Shown here: positions 1 to 13,100 of the stretch, piece after piece
Layout of the letters: every line of letters begins with the position of its first letter
Numbering within the stretch: the first letter of the stretch is position 1
NCBI GenBank assembly: GCA_001179505.1
Contig: CDMY01001052.1
Span: 62,001 to 126,000, forward strand
DNA: 64,000 nt
DNA from: Vitrella brassicaformis CCMP3155
Lineage: Eukaryota; Protista; Chromerida
Reading direction: 5' to 3'
Notes under the pieces: generated by a model
What the model was told of the DNA's origin: nothing
Seen by the model: only the letters and a program-made list of their open reading frames with translations
The model's database searches: none
Made by a program: the position numbers and the translations under genes

Positions 1-430
1 ACAAGACTCCATCCGCACCACCGACACCACACCACCGGCACAAACATACCACATGTTTGTGTGTATGTTCACAATGTGCAGCCAGCCACCCTTTGATGCA
101 TGTCATGTGCCGTTTCCATTGATTCATTCATTCATTCATAGTGTTCATTTATTGACACCCAATGAGAACGAATCAACTTAAGCAGGGTGTCTCTACAACA
201 CAGACGGAGGTGTGAAGCCGCCCCGATGAATTGAGTCAGTCATCCGTACAGCTAGCTATAGCTACCTGTCCTCGATAAGGTAGTCACCACCCCCCTCCTC
301 CTCTCTCTAGACATGGCTAACATGGTGTCTGGTGCGTGGTGTGGCCGTGGACAGACTCATCCGCCGCCCTCGTTGGACGGCGCCGTAGCCATGAACGCCC
401 CCACAGCCTGACCGACGCCTTTCTCCGTGG

Positions 431-2783
431 CTACTGCCTCCCTACCGCGCCCAGCACCACCAGGTGCTGCATCAGACTCTTGCCTGCAGATCCACCAGCA
501 CTAGCAGCAGCAGGTGGTGCCTGGCCCTGCGCCTGGGAATCGGAACTCGCTGACTGCTGCGGGGGGAGAGGGGGAGGGGCCATCGTGGCGTGGAGGTCCT
601 CTTCGGCACCTGACAACACAACCACAACATACACACATGCCGCCCGGCCCAGGTGGCTGCCTGCATCTTCAAGTGGCTGTCGGCTTGTCCTGGTCCTGAC
701 CTGGTGGTGGCGGCGTGATGCCCGGTCCGTCGACCAGCCCCATCGACGCCTGATAGGGCCGCACAGCACCAGCTGCTGGGTGGGCCCCCACACCCACACC
801 CACACCCACTCCCGCCCCTATCGGCATTCCCATGGCGTGCCCATGGATGTGCCTGTGCGCGATATGGTCGCCAGCACGACCCACGGCCCCGCCCCTGTCG
901 CGGCCGCCCTCATCCACGAGGATGTGCTCGCAGTTCTGGAGGAGAGGCACCCCGGCAATGCTCGCCAACTTATTGCGGTCAAAGATGACCTTGCTGAGGG
1001 CGTCGGTGAAGGTGGTGTTCTGGTTGACAAACACCGCCTGCGGCCCTGCTGCACCGGTGCTGCCAAACCTACACGACACGCCCATCCACACACACACACA
1101 GACACACACCTACACTGCCTGGCTGACCGGCCTGTCGCCTTTCTGCTGCTCTTCACACACACACACCCACCCACCGTGTCCTGAAGCCGACCAGCGGTCG
1201 TTTGACGACCTCTATGCCGAGAGGGCACTGGGGCGGGAGGCACTGCGAGAGCTTTTCGAGCACTCGCTCCGCCCGGGCGATCTCGGGAGCGAGGGCGGTG
1301 GACGGGGCCGACTCGTCGACGACCGACTCCCAGCCGGGCAGGAGGTGGAACTGATCGGCCTCGCCCTTCGGGCCCCAGATGTCACGCACAAACTGATCCG
1401 TCCATCGACCAAACCAAACCGCATACATCGACCGACATTCACTTTGGTCTGCGCAGTGGTTTTTTGCGGGGAGAGGGGGGCATGTGGGTGTGTGTGGGTG
1501 TGCCTGACACACCTGCTCGCGGTCTTCGCATGCCTGCTTGAAGGCGTTTTTGACCGACTTGAACTGCACAAAGTTGCGGATGCGCCCCCAGACGGCCCCC
1601 ACGCCTGCGTGGTTGAACTGGACGCGCACGCCCTTGTCCTGCACGATCTGCACGCCCAGGGGGGCCGGCCTGCCGTTGGCCTTCTTGGGGCAGTACTCCT
1701 TCAAACACTCGATGAGCTACACATACACACAACACACACACACACACAGAAAAATCTATGTTGTTTTGTTCTGTTCTGTGTGTGGCTGGGTGTGTGTGCG
1801 GGCGGTCTCTCTCTCTATCTCGCTCGCTCACGTGTTTGCCCTCCTCTCTGGGCGTCATGGTGCTGGGAGGGTTCAGTGCCTGGTGTGCCGCAGCAGCCGC
1901 CGCCGCACAGATGGCCGCCGGGTCCAGCCCCAACTCCTTCATGACCACGGCACTCTTGCCACGACCCCTCCCACCACCAGAACCGCCACCACTAGCAGCA
2001 GCGCTTTTCTCCTTGGCCGCCCGGCCCCGGCCCCGGCCCCGGCCCCTCCCCCTCCCCCGTCGGCCGCTCCCCTCATCCCTTGCCGCCGACGCAGCCAAGC
2101 GCTGCCCGGGCGTGTACTCGTCTTCATCCTCTATATCTCTGGCCGACCGTCGTCCGCGGCCGCCACCGGTCCTCTGTCGCTTGCTGCTGCTGCCGTTGAC
2201 CACCGACTCACGCTTATGGCCGGCATGGTTAGGGGGAGGGACCTGGTCGCCAGAAAACAATGGAGAAAGAAACGGGGCTATGCGTGTGTCTGTGTCTGTG
2301 TCTGCGAATGTGGGATGGTAGGTAACCTGTGCAGCGGCGCTCTGGAACAGCTGTAGCAGGCGGAGAGTCTCGGCGTGGTCGAACTTGGCCAGACTGGCGT
2401 CCATCGCCTCCACAAACCCATCACCCACCTGACACACACACACCACACACACACCACACACACACACACACCACCACATCGATGCCACCATACCCCGCAC
2501 GCACACGCATCGCAGGCTATATCACTGCGGTGTTCTCGTGTCGCCTTCTGAGTGCAGCGGCCGTACCTGAAAGCCCTGTGCGATTTTCTCGTAGAGCGGC
2601 GTATCCGTTAGAGTGGGGCACGACTCCTTGCGCAACCAACTGATTCAATTCACGCATAAGCAGCACACGGCTCTCTATAGGATATGTTGTGCCCTTCTCT
2701 TGCGACCCTGCCAAGCTTTTAAGCTTACTGCTGGAATGCGGTCTCGCCGAGCCACATGGCGCCGAGTTCGGCCAGGGCAGCAT
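431..2783 (-). CDS. Multi-exon hypothetical protein with RG-rich segment and two tandem divergent AP2-like repeats (both ends uncertain)
   Basis: In-frame exons flanked by GT/AG sites and (CA)n introns: VGDGFVEAMDASLAKFDHAETLRLLQLFQSAAAQ; GRGRGRGR-rich exon; LIECLKEYCPKK...PLGVQIVQDKGVRVQF...NAFKQACEDREQ; FVRDIWGP...CPLGIEVVKRPLVGFR; FGSTG...DALSKVIFDRNKL; GAEEDLHATM...GRQ* (stop at 431). The first exon and start codon are not resolved. Confidence 0.6.
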
Positions 2784-2999
2784 CGACGGCGCTCATGCTG
2801 CCCTACTGACGTCAAATCAAGCTAGCTGCAGAGATCCTGTCAGTTCCTCTCGTTGTGCACAAGGACTACAAACCGAGGCAGCTGGTAGAGGTGCCTCCTC
2901 GGGTACGCTCAGGCATTAAGTCGCTGTTGCAGAACTTCAAGGCGGTTTTCAGCGCTCGTGATGTGATGTCGGTGGTGGGTCGCAACCCTTGACCCTAGA

Positions 3000-4850
3000 A
3001 ACCCTGCTGGACGGCGATTAGGAACAGTTAGTGGCAGCCAAGAAGTCAGTCAGTCAGTCGGTCAGTCGGTTCCGCTATGAATTGGGAGTCCACAAATAAA
3101 TACATACGGCACACGACACGCATGCTCATAGCTCATCCATCTGACTGTCTGTCTGCGTGTCATGTCCGCCTGCCTGTCTGTCTGTCACTCTCTCTGTCTG
3201 TCTGTCCGTCTGTCCGTCTGTCCGTCTGTCCGTCTCCGACTGCAATCCACTCACTCTACTGTACAAATGGCGATAGCAATATCAATCAACGAATCATCTG
3301 ACAACAAACGACACTCTCATGCGCACCGCATGCACCCATCCTGCTGCATGCCAGCCATGTGTTTTCCTCTCCCATCGTGTGTGTGTGCATAAGTGCGGTG
3401 GGTGCGGCAGGGAGGGAGGGCACGGAAAGACGAGAGAGACGAGCGCAAAACCCTCCGCTGTCCGGGCGTGTGTGTGTGTGTGTGTGTGTGTATAGGCACG
3501 ACAGACACCCACGGCACGGCCGACACTGACTGCGACACTGCTCCTGCTTGCAAAACGGGCCATCCGTGGTGGGGGTGGGGTGGCGAGGTGCATGATATGG
3601 GTGCCAACACAATACTCTACACACACACAAACCAAACCAAACAACCGTGCGCCAACCCCCGGGAGGCAAGACATCACATACGACAGCACACGAACTAATC
3701 ATCACACATGACATGACATGACATGACAAGACAAGAAAGCCGGACATTGTTTCATGCCATGCATACCACACCTGGCCGGCCGGGAGGCCATGATGGTGTC
3801 CCCCACCCACTGCCTCGCGAACGTCTCTCTACACGCAATCCGTGCCAATACCACACACACACACACACACACCAAGAGCGACAGCGTCGGTCAGTCAGTC
3901 GGGCAGTCAGCGGCCAGGAGGGAGGGAGGGAGGGAGAAAGAAAGAAAGCATCATGCAGCATAGCATTCCAGCATAGCATCATCGACTAGTGTATCCACAA
4001 CACGATATACATGGTGGGATGAAAACGATGACAGACAGACAGACACCCAAACAAGGGATAGGGATGGGGAGGGAGGAGACAGACACAGACACAGACACAG
4101 ACACAGACAAAGCGACGAGAAAGACACCGAGGGAGGTAAGGGATGCCAAGAAGAAATGGAGGAAGAATGGACGGAATGGATGCTCGGAAGGAAGGGGCTG
4201 GATGCGTGGCCAGCCAGCCAGCCGACCGGCGCGGCAGAAAACCCTGCCAGCCGAGAGTGGGGTGAGCGAGAATGCAGAGACGCAGCCATGGATGGATGGA
4301 TGGCCTGAACTGCAGACAATGGCGTGATCAGAATAGGGGCACAGTGCAGGCGCGCAGGACATGGACACCTGTGTCGCTCTGTCTGCATTATTGCGAGTGG
4401 AGGCTGTTGCTCACCACCACAAGCACGGATGCCGGATGGACGACACAAGTGTCCATGCCATGCCGTCACGCAGAATGCCCGCCATGAGAGCCGACGCTGC
4501 CTGCCTGCCTGCCTCCCTGCCTGATCTCTCTCTCTCTCTCTCTGACTGCACACAACAATCAACCAAAGCAAGCGACTAAAGCAGTCCCTGATGTGATGGC
4601 ATCAGCTGATAGATCCATGTGTGTATGTGTGTGTTGATGTATGTGTATGTGCCCGCCCAAACTACCAAAGTACACACCACACCGCACCGTACCGCCCGTC
4701 CACACCCACACACTTGCAGATGAATATGCGCACATAGTGCCTTGCCTCCCTTCTCTCCCTAGTCAGTCTACTTCTGCACATCAGCCAGCCAGCCGGCCGG
4801 CCGGGCGGCCTGCACAATCTCGATCTCTCCCCATCTCTCTCTCCCATAGT
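3000..4850. repeat. Microsatellite-rich intergenic tract, representative of (CA)n, (CAGA)n, (GATG)n, (CT)n and (CCTG)n repeats found in introns throughout the window
   Basis: Runs such as gtgtgtgtg (about 3468-3490), acatgacatg (about 3706-3725), gacacagacaca (about 4078-4108) and gcctgcctg (about 4497-4522). The ORFs here are low-complexity artefacts. Confidence 0.8.
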
Positions 4851-4852
4851 AT

Positions 4853-6028
4853 TCATTGCCTCGCCGTCTGCCTGCTCCCATATGGGTAGCCGCTGAGGCT
4901 GGTGCTGGTGCTGTTGCCGGCCGCAGCAGCAGCAGCAGCAGCAGCAGCGATACCGTTGTTGTAGGGGTACGTCTGAGCCTGGCTGCTCATAATGGGCGGC
5001 AGCCTCTCCCTCTCCCTCTCCCTCTCCCTGTCCCTGTCTCTGTCCCTCTGCCGTTGCGGCGTCTTGGTGCGGTGTGACGATGGGGGGAGGAAGGAGTGGT
5101 AGTGGGGGTGGGGATGGCTGCTGAAGGACTCGGGATGGGCGGGGACATCCTCGCTGGTCGGGAAAACAAACGACTCACCTGTATGTGCCATGAGATGAGG
5201 AGGGAAGGAGGGCACATGTCATGTGGATGGTATGGTCTGTGTGTTGGGTGTTGGGTGTCGGCCTGTGTGGTGTGGTGCCTGCCTCTGGGTGTGAGAACTC
5301 TGCTAGATGGTGCGCCGTTGTCCTCCTCGCCCGAGTGGCGCCACAGGGACTCGCTCGTCGCCATGCGGTCCTCCTCCTCCTAACACACACGCACACACAC
5401 GCGGGGAAATAGACCTTCGGCAGCAAACATGGTGTGGTGTGTGTGTGTCTTGGTTCTTACCTGCAGGACGTGCTGCACGTACTCCTCCTGCGGCTCGTCG
5501 TCCATCAGACTGTCCTTCAGCTCGAGATGCGCAATATACATGTTGCCTGCAGCAGGGGAGCCACACACATACAGACAGACAGACAGAGGGGGGGTCAATG
5601 CGCTGGTGTGACTCTGCAGGGGTGGTGTGTGTGTGTGTGTGTTTCATTACTCGCGAGGCAGAGGACCATTTTGACAGTGTAGGCCAGGGCGTACTCGGTG
5701 AGGATGTAGAGCGCTATCACGAAGTGCTGGCTCACCGCCAAGCGATACACCATACCTGCACGTGACACCACACCACACACACGTACGTCTTATTTCCTCT
5801 GTCTGCTTTTTTCTGCTCGTCTGCGTGTGTCGTGTGAGTGGATGTGATGTGTCGGTGCGTGGCTGTCTGTGGTCTGCTCCGCGCACCGACCGATGGCCGT
5901 GTTGAAGAAAGACAGATAAACAAATGCCACAAAGGTCCGGCCCCACGCCTCCACCGAAAACAGAATCCACACAATCCCAAAGGCCTGCACACACACCAGA
6001 CAGACACACACACCCAGACAGACAGACA

Positions 6029-6066
<38 letters not shown>

Positions 6067-9000
6067 AAGGTGCGCCCTGTGTGCGGTGGTGTTGACCGAG
6101 AGTCGCGAGGGGATCATCCGCTTACGAGTGACATGACTTCGGTGAGGGGGGGCACAAACAGAACGGCAGCAAAGAGGGTGGGGGACAAGTTAAAATACTA
6201 AGTGAGAAGAACAGACAGACAAACAAACATGGCCCACACAGTCAGTCGACTCCTTGTGTGTGTGTGTGTGTGAGTGGGGGGTGGGGGGGGCTGACTGACT
6301 TGGAACAGCTGGATGAAGGCCGTCATGGCGTTCAACAGGAGCACCGACACAACCACCGTCAACGTCAGTATCCTGCAACCATCCGCTCATCCACACAGCA
6401 TCTCTCCCCTCTCCTCCCCTCTCCTCCCCTCCCTCATCTATCTCACCTGTTGAAGCTTGCCTCCCTGTTCTTAAGTATCAGCTCTCCGGGAAACCGCACC
6501 ACATTCGTGAAGCACTCGAACCACCCACCCCAAAAACCGCTTCCCCCGCCTCCCGCACCGCCCCCTTGCGGCTTATTCCTCTCCGTCCGCCGCAGCAACG
6601 TCGGCGTGACGCTGTGAACCTCCCTGCCCACACCGGGCTTCCTCTCGCCGATCCTGTCAGAGGCAGGCAGCGGCTTGGGTGTGGATGCTGCTCTTGGCCT
6701 GTCGGCTGCCGGGGGGCGGGGGAGTAGGGGGGAGGAGCTGGGGTGGGACCTGGTTGTGGGGCCGGGGGAATGGGACTCTTGATCACCGGGCCTGAAACAA
6801 AACGAACAAACAGCGACTTACGTGTGTGTGTGGTTGGTTGGTTTGCTCACCTTGTCGGCGGCAGTGTCTTCCTCCTGCCCACCCCCTCCCCTCCCTCGCC
6901 CCTCAGCTCTTCCTTGACAGCCTCAAAGCTGTCGGCACGCCCGGCACGCAGCCGGGCAGGCGCTTCGACCGTGAGGCTCGGCAGGGGGCCGGTCATCGAC
7001 CGATGTGTGACCGATGGGTCGCTGTCGGCCGTCGTGTCCTCGCCTGACGGCTGCTGGCGCAGGTTGAGGAGGTCCAGGTTGGTGAAGGAGTGCGACCTCG
7101 ACCACAGGCGTCTGTGCGAGTGGATGGCGCGGTTGCGCCCGGCCGATGGCTGGTCGATGAACGACTGACTCGTGCCGATGGGCAAGGGGGCCGCGCCCTC
7201 GAGGGCAAAGGAGGGGGGGTAGGTGGAGGGGTAGTCGACAAAGGCGGGGTCGAATCTCTGGGGGTCGATCGGGGAGGTGATGGCGCGCACCGACGGGTTC
7301 ACCGACAGCGGCACTCGCACAATGTCCGAGGACGTGGCGGGCTGCGGCGGCCGGCCCACCGTCCCGGCCGCCTGGGTCTCCTTGGCCTCGGTCAGCACCA
7401 TGGCTATCATGTAGTCCAGCGACACGTGAAGCGTGGCGCGTGTGGCGTTCTCCGCATCGGTCACTGAGGACGGCTGCCGGCCGAACGACGCGCGGCTGAC
7501 GCCATGGGGGGGAAGGAGCGCGCCGCCGATGGGCGTGGGGGGGCCGTCGGAGGCCGAGATCTGGGGCGAGAGGCCGGCGCCGGCCTGGAGGCCCACGAAC
7601 GAGTCGAAGATGATCGGCGAGGCCAGGTGGCGCCCACCGAGGGCTGCTGCTCCTGCAGTGGTCGCCTGGGTCGGCCCGTCACTTGGACTGAGGGGGTCAA
7701 TGCCGCCTGCCCCTCCCTCTGCCGAGAACGCCGCCTCCTCGAAGCCAATCAGCCGGCGGCCTTTGGTGCTGATTCCCTGCAGCACGAACACACACGCGTG
7801 GGCCCGGATGTTGTTCTGCTGCAGACACTGGGTGGTGACGGCCGAGAGGGTGCGGGCAAGCAGCGGGATGGACCGCTCCAGCTTCTCCCCGCCCTCCATC
7901 AGCCGCACCACTCGGTTGAAGCAAGATACCACTGCATGCCACGTCGGCCGCCCCAGGTACTGGGACAGAGAGTACACAAGGGGGTCGGTGAGGTCTAGGT
8001 GGAAGGAGGCCGTGTAGGAGCCGTCGCCCGCCGCAGGCAGGACCATCGGCAGCGAGGGCTTGCACGTCCAGTCCATCAAAGACCTGTCGAAGTCGAGGAT
8101 ATCGATGTACCCGAGCGTGGCGAAGGCGTCGCTGCCGAACTTGAGGCCGAAAGACAGCTGACGCGCCCGAATCGACTTCCAGAAGATCTTGTCGGGGTGG
8201 TGGCCCTCGAGCGTCGACACGAACCCCAGCATGGCCTTGGCGCGCCGCCTGCGGCCCCGCTGCCGGGCGTGGTAAGACAGAGGAAGGTACAGCACCTTCA
8301 GAGTGGCCAGCAGCACCTTCTGGTACCAGTACCAGCGGCCGATGCGGTTGACATGGTCGGCGAAGGCCGCGTAGCGGTCGGGCAGCACGTGGGGCTCCAG
8401 AATGGGTGGAGGGACAGGGTCCATCCCCCAGGGCGAGTCGTAGCTGTTGTTGCCGAGGAGGTAGATGCGCTGCACGTGAAAGGGGAGGTCTTCCAGCCCC
8501 ATAATGGGCTGGCTCATCCGCTGCTGCCTGTTCTCAGAGTCGACGGGCGTCGCGCTGGAGAATGACGTGAGAAAGGGGTCGTCAAACACGACGCGCATCA
8601 GGGGGTGCGCGTTGGCCTGGCCGATCGACATGTGCAGCCGCCTCTTCCTCTGCAGCTTCTTGACGGCGATGGACGACACCACCAGCAGCACCACCGCCAC
8701 CAGGATGCTGATCATGCCGGGAAGGCCCCCGAAGAAGGTGAAGAAGTACTCGACGGGCGTGAGGCACTTGGGGTTCTGCGACACGTCGGCAAACCCTTCT
8801 GGGCACTGGTAGGGGCAGTCGGGCAACGGCCACCCGGCCTCAGTGTAGTAGGCCTCGGGCGTCGGCTTGTTGTTGCACTTGTGGCACACCAGGCCGCCCT
8901 CCTCGTTGTAAGTGCCGACGGGGCATGGCGAGCAGGCCCAACCGAAGAACCCCGGCGCGCACGGCCGGAGAGGGATCTTCTCGCCTTCTTCGCCGATCTG

Positions 9001-12000
9001 CCCCGGGCTGGTCTGGTTGCACATGGCTGATGTGTCGGGGAGCCCCCCGTCCACTCCCACCTTGCCCTCGAAGTGTGCCGTGCCGTTCTGGCAGGGCGTC
9101 AGCCAGTGGAATGCCGTCACCCCGCCGCCCCCACCCCCCCCGGTGCACCTCCCTCCCCTCCCACCTTGCGCGAGGATCTGCCCTGACCCCACGAGATGAC
9201 ATGCCTGGATCACCACGGAGCCGCCCGCACCGCCCCCCTGACCGATCTGAGAGAGGTCTGCGACCTCAGTCAGCCAGGGGGAGGGCGCAGAGCCGTCGAC
9301 CAAGGGAGCCCCGCGCGCAGTTGTGGGGCGGAGAGTGAGTGGCTGGGTGTCGTTGTTGCTGACCGCCTTCGTGGTGATGTCGCTGGTGTTGTCATGGGTA
9401 GCGGTGGTCGTGTACGTGGCGCCCAGCTCGATCAGGGACGTTCCTTGCGCCGCTCCTGTCGTCTCATTATCATTTGTGGTGTTGGTCCGATTGTGGTCCT
9501 GTGGTCGTGAGAGGTCGGGAGGGGGCGTGACGAGGGTCCTGTTTGAGTGGCTGATGGTGCCGTCCTGGTCGAGGAAGAATGGCGGGACATCCGTCCGCTG
9601 CACGTCGATCATCGGCGCCTGCTCGTCGAACAAAACCGCCAGGCGCGACAGAAAGGGGGATGACGGCGACGAGGGCGCCCCCGGTTCCTCCCCCTCCATC
9701 CACGCAGATATCATCGAGCTCAGCTGGTACAGCGCCCCTTTGCCGCCTTCCCCGCCAGCACCGCCACTGCTGCTGCTGCTGCGGCTCGAGTTGTTCTTCT
9801 CCTTATTGTGTTCCTGGTGCCTCCACGTGACCAGCAGAGCGGCCGCAATCACGGCGGATGATGTGTCCGACGGCACCGTGACCTTCCGCTCCCCCTCGCC
9901 CTCCTCGCTGCTCTCGATGGCGTCCATGACCGTGGTGAACGAGGCCACGGCAGACGCGACGGTGGCCGCCATCTTCTCCTTGTCTGTTTTCTTCTTCTCG
10001 GTGGCCTTGTCGCACCCCCTCTTGGCCGGCGCAATGGACTCTGGCAGTGTCCTGCCGTACTTGGGTATGGGGTAGTCGCGAGTGCGATGCCCTGCTAGCT
10101 TGGCTGTGCTGCGGATGCGTCTTGGCTTGGGAAGCGGGGGATGCTGCTGCCATTGCTGCTGCTGAGCTGGGGCGGCCGTGGGAGCATCTGCTGCTGTTGC
10201 CTGTGGATGCCCCTCGCCACACGGTGCGGCAGGTAACGTGACGGGGACAGAGGACGGCCCACCCTCCTCAGCCAGCCCGCGGTAAGCGACCGGCTGGTCG
10301 CCACCCCTGCCACTGTCACTGCCGTCCCCCTCAAGACCCACGTCCTTGCCCTTCTTCCCACCCTCCTTGCTGGACCGCCTGTGCGCGTCGTCTCGGTCGA
10401 ATTCAAACCACCTGTCGACCAGGTCATCGGCGTATCTCTTCTGCCCGCCGCCCGAATCGCCGCTGCGTGGGGGTGGCGGGGGAGGGGTGAGAGGTGCGGG
10501 GGAGTAGGGGGGAGGGTTGGGGCCATCAGGGTTGTTGGGCTCGGCGTCGCCACCGTTGGCTGAGATCTCGCCCGAGACGTTGAGGAGCTGGCTGCGTATC
10601 CAGATGATGCCCCCGCCCCTGCCGGCGGCGTCGGTGTCGCCCCCGCCGCCCGATGCGCTTGTGGTGGGTACCCAGTGGTCCCATATGCCCCACTTGTCGT
10701 AGGACTCCCCGCCTGTGCCGTAGCAGAGGTCGCCGGTCATCATGTCCACACCGTCGCCGCCCTTGCCCACATGGCCGCCACCACCGCCGCCGCACACCTA
10801 CCAAGCCATGGCAGGGAGGGAGGGACGCAGAGAGATGCATTCACTCACTCACTAGGGTGTGCCTGAATGTTCCTCCCGGGCAGATGCCCTCCACTCACCT
10901 TGTTAGGTGAGTGGTGCGGCCCCTTCGGCACCGATGTGCCCTTCCCGATACCTTCATTCTGCGGACAGCCGGCACTCGACGCAGTCAACACACCTGCATG
11001 ACATGATACGCACACGGACGGGCATACCACCAGCCGGAATGAGGACTCACCAACCTCGCTCCCTCCCTCTCTCCCTTGTCGCACACACACCCACCGGCAA
11101 TGTTGGCATTGTTGGTGGCACACAGCAGCACAGACGGCGCCGTGACCTGGGCCAATGGCTGCAGGTCCAAAGTGTCGTTGGCCACGAAGGCCACATCGAA
11201 CGACACATTGTGAATGCCAGATTGCAGCTCAGTGACGTCCGGCGGCCACTCGAGCCCCAGAAGCATCTCGCACCAGTCCGTCGTCTCTGTCTTGTAGGCG
11301 TCGCACTTGCCCTGGTTGGACGACCGGACGGTCTTGCCGCTGAGGATGGTCAGGTGCTGGCTGAAGACGAACATGGACCCCACGACGGCCCCCGCCAGCT
11401 CGACATTGGACGCATTGACGATCAGCCGGTTGTGCTGCCCCTGGCCCCTCTGCTCGAGAGCCCCGTGCAGCATCATGTCGCCATACGCACATATGGTGGC
11501 ATTGCCGAACTCGAGAGTGGCGCTGTCGCCCACGTTGACCTGCGAGGCGTACAGCTGCAGGTTGGCCACACGCAGCCGGCTGTTCTGCCGCAGCTTGACG
11601 CCCACGCCATTCGGATCAAGCGCATAGAGTGTCAGCTGCTGCTGGGAGCGGAACTCAGAGCCCGTCAGGCCGGCAGAGAGAGACAGCGATGAGACGTTCA
11701 TAACGGCGGGCTCCACTGCTGGCATGGCCACGGCAGTGTCCAGCTCGACAGCGAGTTGCGGGTCGTTCAGAAGGCCCAAAGGGGTCGGCTGCTCGGGGAA
11801 GAACTGAGAGGGGGCTGGCGGGGAGGGCCCCTGCTCCGTCCTCTCGGCCGTCTCCTCCTGTCCGCCACCCGGGATGATTACGGGAAAGAATGGCGTCACG
11901 TAAGGTCGGTTCCAGATGGACAGCTTGTGGGCGTAGGCGGAGTAGATGGTGCCGGCCCCACCGCAGCGGCACGGCAGCGTATTGGGGTCGCCAGACGTGC

Positions 12001-13100
12001 CGCAGCCACCAGACGCCAGCACGGCGGGCGGCGGTGGGAGGGGTGTGCCGACATGGAAGGAGATTCTCCCGCCCCCTCCACTCGCACAGTCGAGCTGCTT
12101 GCCCTTGTCGCGCCCACCGGAGCCGTCTTTGCGCGTCAGGGGTACGTCACACCCGCCCCCAGTGGCCGTCACGCGGCCGGGCAGCAGGGGCGATGTGAAG
12201 GTGAGCGTGGGTGACCGGATCAGTATGGAGCCGCCGGATCCCGCCGGGCGGTCGACTTTGGGTGAGAATGCGCCGCCTGATGATATGGTGCCGTCGAGAA
12301 GGATACCCGTGGTGGCGTTGAGGTGGATCTTGCCGCCGCCGTTTGTGCCTCGTGCGCCGTTGGCCATGCCGGCGTGGCCGAACTCTGTCGGCATAAAGGG
12401 GTCGCCATAGGCGTAGTCGAGAGGGAAATCTGAACACACAGATCGATGGATGGATGGATGAACACACATGCGCATGGCATGGCAATGCATGTACGTGCAG
12501 TGCAGCCCACCCAGCCATTGATTTACCTGCATCCGGCCCACAGTCGGTGTTGGCGCCTCCCAGCCCCCCGTAGCTGCCGCCTCTCACCACGCCCCTCGTG
12601 CCCACTCCCCTGCGGAAATAAGACGACGTGCCGTTGGCAGACACCTCACTGAGCCTGTCGATGACAATCCAGCCGCCCGCCCACACGTCGACCGACGCGC
12701 AATGGACGAGCGAGTGTGACAGAGTCACGTTGCCCGTCGCGCAGAGAGTGCTGCTGGTCCTCAGGTAGGCCTCGTAGGTCTCGACGCACTTGAGCGTGGC
12801 GTTCTGCAGGATGACGTCGCCATCAAACACGACGGTGAGCTGTGCTCTGACGCGGCTCTGCTGCACGACACACACGCCGTTGTCCACCGTGTCGCACTCG
12901 GAGTCATCCCACTCGCCGACATTGCCGCACACGGCCGGCGGCACTGCTGTGGAGTGGGACGACAGGTCACCGTGACTCGTTTGTTGGCAAGCCGCCGGAT
13001 GTTGGCTGAGAATGACGGCGAATGTGGCTGCTAAAGCAATACAGAGGCATGCCTGGCAAATGCGTGTCAGATCGGTGGTGGGAGGCCGGCGATATGCCAT
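4853..13100 (-). CDS. Large multi-pass membrane protein: Gly-rich GGGGGR/GGxGG repeats, GCC2/GCC3-like Cys-rich module and C-terminal TM helices; homolog of plant At5g11700/At4g32920/At5g47020-type proteins
   Basis: Signal-peptide-like start MAYRR...CLCIALAATFAVIL at 13100. ORFs 12147-13100, 10985-12541, 10845-11123 and 6847-10797 splice together in frame, and short exons continue from about 6790 down to 4853. Recognised motifs: GGSYGGLGG...YGDPFMPTEFG; SGGGGGRI; CAPGFFGWACSPCPVGTY...DCPYQC...CLTPVEYFFTFFGG; HVQRIYLLGNNSYDSPW; FGLKFGSDAFATLGYIDILDF; NMYIAHLELKDSL. The position of the last exon is less certain. Confidence 0.85.

Noticed and set aside
900-960. HILVDE resembling a helicase Walker B motif
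   Set aside because: No Walker A or other helicase motifs are present, and the sequence after it is low-complexity.
6716-10515. Identical 20-bp segment at 6716-6735 and 10496-10515 that appears to encode PPPYSPAP twice in the large membrane protein
   Set aside because: After splicing (phase-2 junction near 6850), the copy at 6716 is read in a different frame (SSPLLPRP). It is best explained as a chance G-rich match.
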